Source: Sphagnum compactum (Eukaryota). Taken from it: a DNA stretch of 64,000 nucleotides. Where the stretch lies: NCBI GenBank assembly GCA_965153455.1, contig OZ234493.1, positions 15,862,213 to 15,926,212 on the forward strand, given 5' to 3'. The position numbers and the translations under genes are program-made. The notes beneath the pieces were generated by a model. It did not search any database. It worked only from the letters and a program-made list of their open reading frames with translations, and was not told where the DNA came from. This document shows, in pieces, positions 61,313-64,000 of this stretch (position 1 is its first letter; every line of letters begins with the position of its first letter).

Positions 61313-63771
61313 ATGGCAACGTTTGTGGGAGCAATAGACCAGGGCACGACGAGCACGAGGTTTATTCTTTACGACCATGCTGCCAAGCCTGTGGTGTCGC
61401 ACCAGCTGGAGTTCACACAAATCTATCCACAAGCAGGGTTCTCTCTCTGTCTCTCTGTCTTTCTGTTTCTCTATGTCTCTCTCTGTCTCTGTCTCTCTTT
61501 CTCTGTGTTTTTTTTCTTTCCCCCCTGCTTGTTGTTTGTTTGTTTGTGCAACAGAAATTTGTTCTTCCTTCTTCTTCACAAGCATTTTGTACAACAGTGT
61601 GAGTGCATTCCATTCCTTTTTATCGGAATGTGAGCGGCATCAATTATACTAGAGCTTGAATGCAGTCATCCTGTCTCACCATTGGCATTCAAACGTGAAA
61701 TTCATTGCAAGGTTTTGGTGGATACGAAGCTCTCTGCCTTGGAATGAATGCTGAGGATTTTCCAAGTTTATTGCTGTTGCAATGGTTGGAGTCCTGTTTT
61801 GCAGCCTTTCTATTTTGAAGTATGTTTCTGACATGCATCTATCTAACAAAAATTCAGAAATTGGATTTTTTAGGGAGCTGAAACACTCTCTGGCTTGTGA
61901 GTAAAGCTTTTGGATCTGTCTGCTGATTTTGGTTTAAGGGGAGGTTTTGGCAGATGGGTGGAGCACGATCCAATGGAGATTCTGGCAACAGTCCGCACTG
62001 CCATGGAGGGGGTGCTCACTAAGGCCACAGAACAAGGCATCCAAGTGCAAGGGAAACTTAAGGCCGTGGGGATCACAAACCAGAGGGAGACTACTGTGGT
62101 ATGGAGCAAGAGCACTGGCAAGCCCTTCTACAATGCCATTGTCTGGATGGATGGCCGCACAAGTGCAATCTGCAGGTAGTGTATTTCTAGGCACACACTC
62201 TGTTCTGATGCATATCTAAGAAGAAGTCATAGCTTTTAGAAGCACAGCACTGAATGCCAATTGCTGGGTTGTTTAGAGCTGGAGATTACTGATGCCTGTA
62301 ACCTGGAGCAATCTGGTTGCTGAGATCTTCCCTGAGGATCAGAAGTCTACTGATGCAGCCACTTCCTCCTATTATGGCTGTAACATGTGTATTGATGTGG
62401 TGGAAACATAAATGAACTTACAGAGGAATCTGCACAACAAATAGCTTGAAGGTAACATGACAATGAGTGCCTGGTCTGACACTTTGTGAGACTTGCTCAC
62501 AAAGTGTCAGACCATCACCAATGAATTGCAGTGGTGAACTGCCATGACTACCCATGGACTTCATCAGCTTCTGACAGTGGGTATAGAGGAGTATGTAATA
62601 GTCCACCCAAAATCTTGGGCAAGAACATGGTACAAAACCTGCTTCCTGTGTTTCTGTCACATTTCTGGAAGCAACAGGAAGACTCAGTCATAATGTTGAT
62701 TAGGACTCAAGAATAATCATAGCTAATGAAAAAAGTCATTAGTAGTGTGCAACACATACTGAGAGTGGGACTTTGGACCCAAAACCACTTGCAAGATGGG
62801 CAAAAGCCCTAAAAGCTATCTTGGAGCTCCATATTGCAAGCACTTGCAAGTTAGCAGAAGGTTTTGATGACTCATGGCTTTTTTTCAACAATGTGATCTA
62901 GATTCTCATGAAGCCCTTACTCTGCAGGCAGTTGGAGGAAAAGCTACCTCTGGGTAGGCAACATTTTGTGAAGACATGTGGCCTTCCCATCCATCCCTAT
63001 TTCAGTGCTACAAAGCTGCTTTGGCTAATGGAGTCTGTCCCTGAAGTAAAGACTGCAATTGAGAGTGGGGATGCACTCTTTGGAACCATTGATACGTGGC
63101 TCATCTGGAACTTGACAGGGGGTGCAAATTCAGAGACCACAATCCATGTCACTGACTGCTCCAATGCGTCACGAACAATGCTAATGGACCTTGAAACCTT
63201 GCAGTGGCATGAACCCACACTGAAGTCTTTGGGAATCCCAAGAAGCATTCTTCCAAAAATTATAAGCAATGCAGAAGTGATAGGTGAGATTTCAGAGGGA
63301 TGGCCTTTTGTTGGTGTTGCATTGGGTGGCTGTTTGGGAGACCAACATGCAGCAATGCTTGGGCATTATTGTAAAAAGGGAGAGGCTAAAAGCACATATG
63401 GAACAGGATGCTTCATTATCTCCAACACTGGGGAACAGATTGTTCCTTCAAACCATGGGTTGCTGACCACAATCTCATATAAGCTGGGACCAGATTCTCC
63501 CACCAACTATGGGCTTGAGGGTTCGATTGCCATTGCTGGAGCTGCAGTTCAATGGCTGAGGGATAACCTGGGCATAATCAAAACTTCTAGTGAAGTTGAA
63601 GAGGTTGCAAAGACAGTCTCTGACGCTGGAGGAGTGTACTTTGTTCCAGCATTCAGTGGGCTATATGCTCCCTGGTGGCGAGATGATGCTCGTGGAGTCC
63701 TGGTTGGGATCACACGCTATACAAACAAAGGTCACATTGCCAGGGCCACGCTTGAGAGCATGTGTTTCCAG
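61313..63771 (+). CDS. GLPK: Glycerol kinase (FGGY family; plant GLI1/NHO1-type), 3' partial
   Basis: Exons 61313-61437, 61954-62175 and 62928-63771, followed by an intron running off the window. Motifs: [103 protein letters not shown] and [10 protein letters not shown]. Confidence 0.96.
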
Positions 63772-64000
63772 GTATGACCATTCTCATCTATGATTCGAGG
63801 CACACTTCTATATGTTTTTGTGAAAGTCTCAACAGCTGTACCTGATATCTTCAAAGTGAGCTGTTGAGTCCCTGCAAGTTTCCAGTGTTCCAAGGTCTTT
63901 TCCAATTCAATGCAGAGTTAGTTGAGAATGGTAAAGTAAAGGTGTACTGCAAGCATGGACCTGTGCCAACAATCTGGTCATGCCTGGAGCTACCATGATC

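Noticed and set aside
61313..63771. Glycerol kinase as a recent bacterial horizontal transfer
   Set aside because: It has spliceosomal introns and a plant-type sequence; high similarity to glpK is normal for this family.
6507..63771. CAD, COG7, RBR ligase and glycerol kinase as a functional gene cluster
   Set aside because: The pathways are unrelated and the genes are separated by 10-16 kb of TE debris. Shared orientation of four genes is weak evidence.

Overview
This window is eukaryotic land-plant nuclear DNA. Gene style, intron and microsatellite content and repeat types suggest a bryophyte, possibly Sphagnum; that is an inference. Four spliced + strand genes could be reconstructed by hand with GT-AG junctions in frame: a CAD-like cinnamyl alcohol dehydrogenase (6 exons, 362 aa), COG7 (10 exons, 864 aa), an RWD-RBR E3 ligase of the RNF14/ARA54 type (9 coding exons, about 672 aa) and glycerol kinase (runs off the 3' end of the window). 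The AT-rich intergenic DNA holds many decayed transposons. These include an internally deleted endonuclease-encoding Helitron2/Helentron with recognisable ends, three PIF/Harbinger transposase remnants, hAT, pogo-like and Ty1/copia remnants, CACTA ends and several MITEs with TIRs and TSDs. Tandem arrays sit directly upstream of COG7 and glycerol kinase, downstream of COG7 and inside introns. I found no rRNA, tRNA or CRISPR array, and no clearly new multi-gene system. The best leads are the Helentron, the promoter-proximal arrays (one with a CpG-decay gradient), G-rich 3' splice sites and a duplicated RING2-like module in the RBR ligase.
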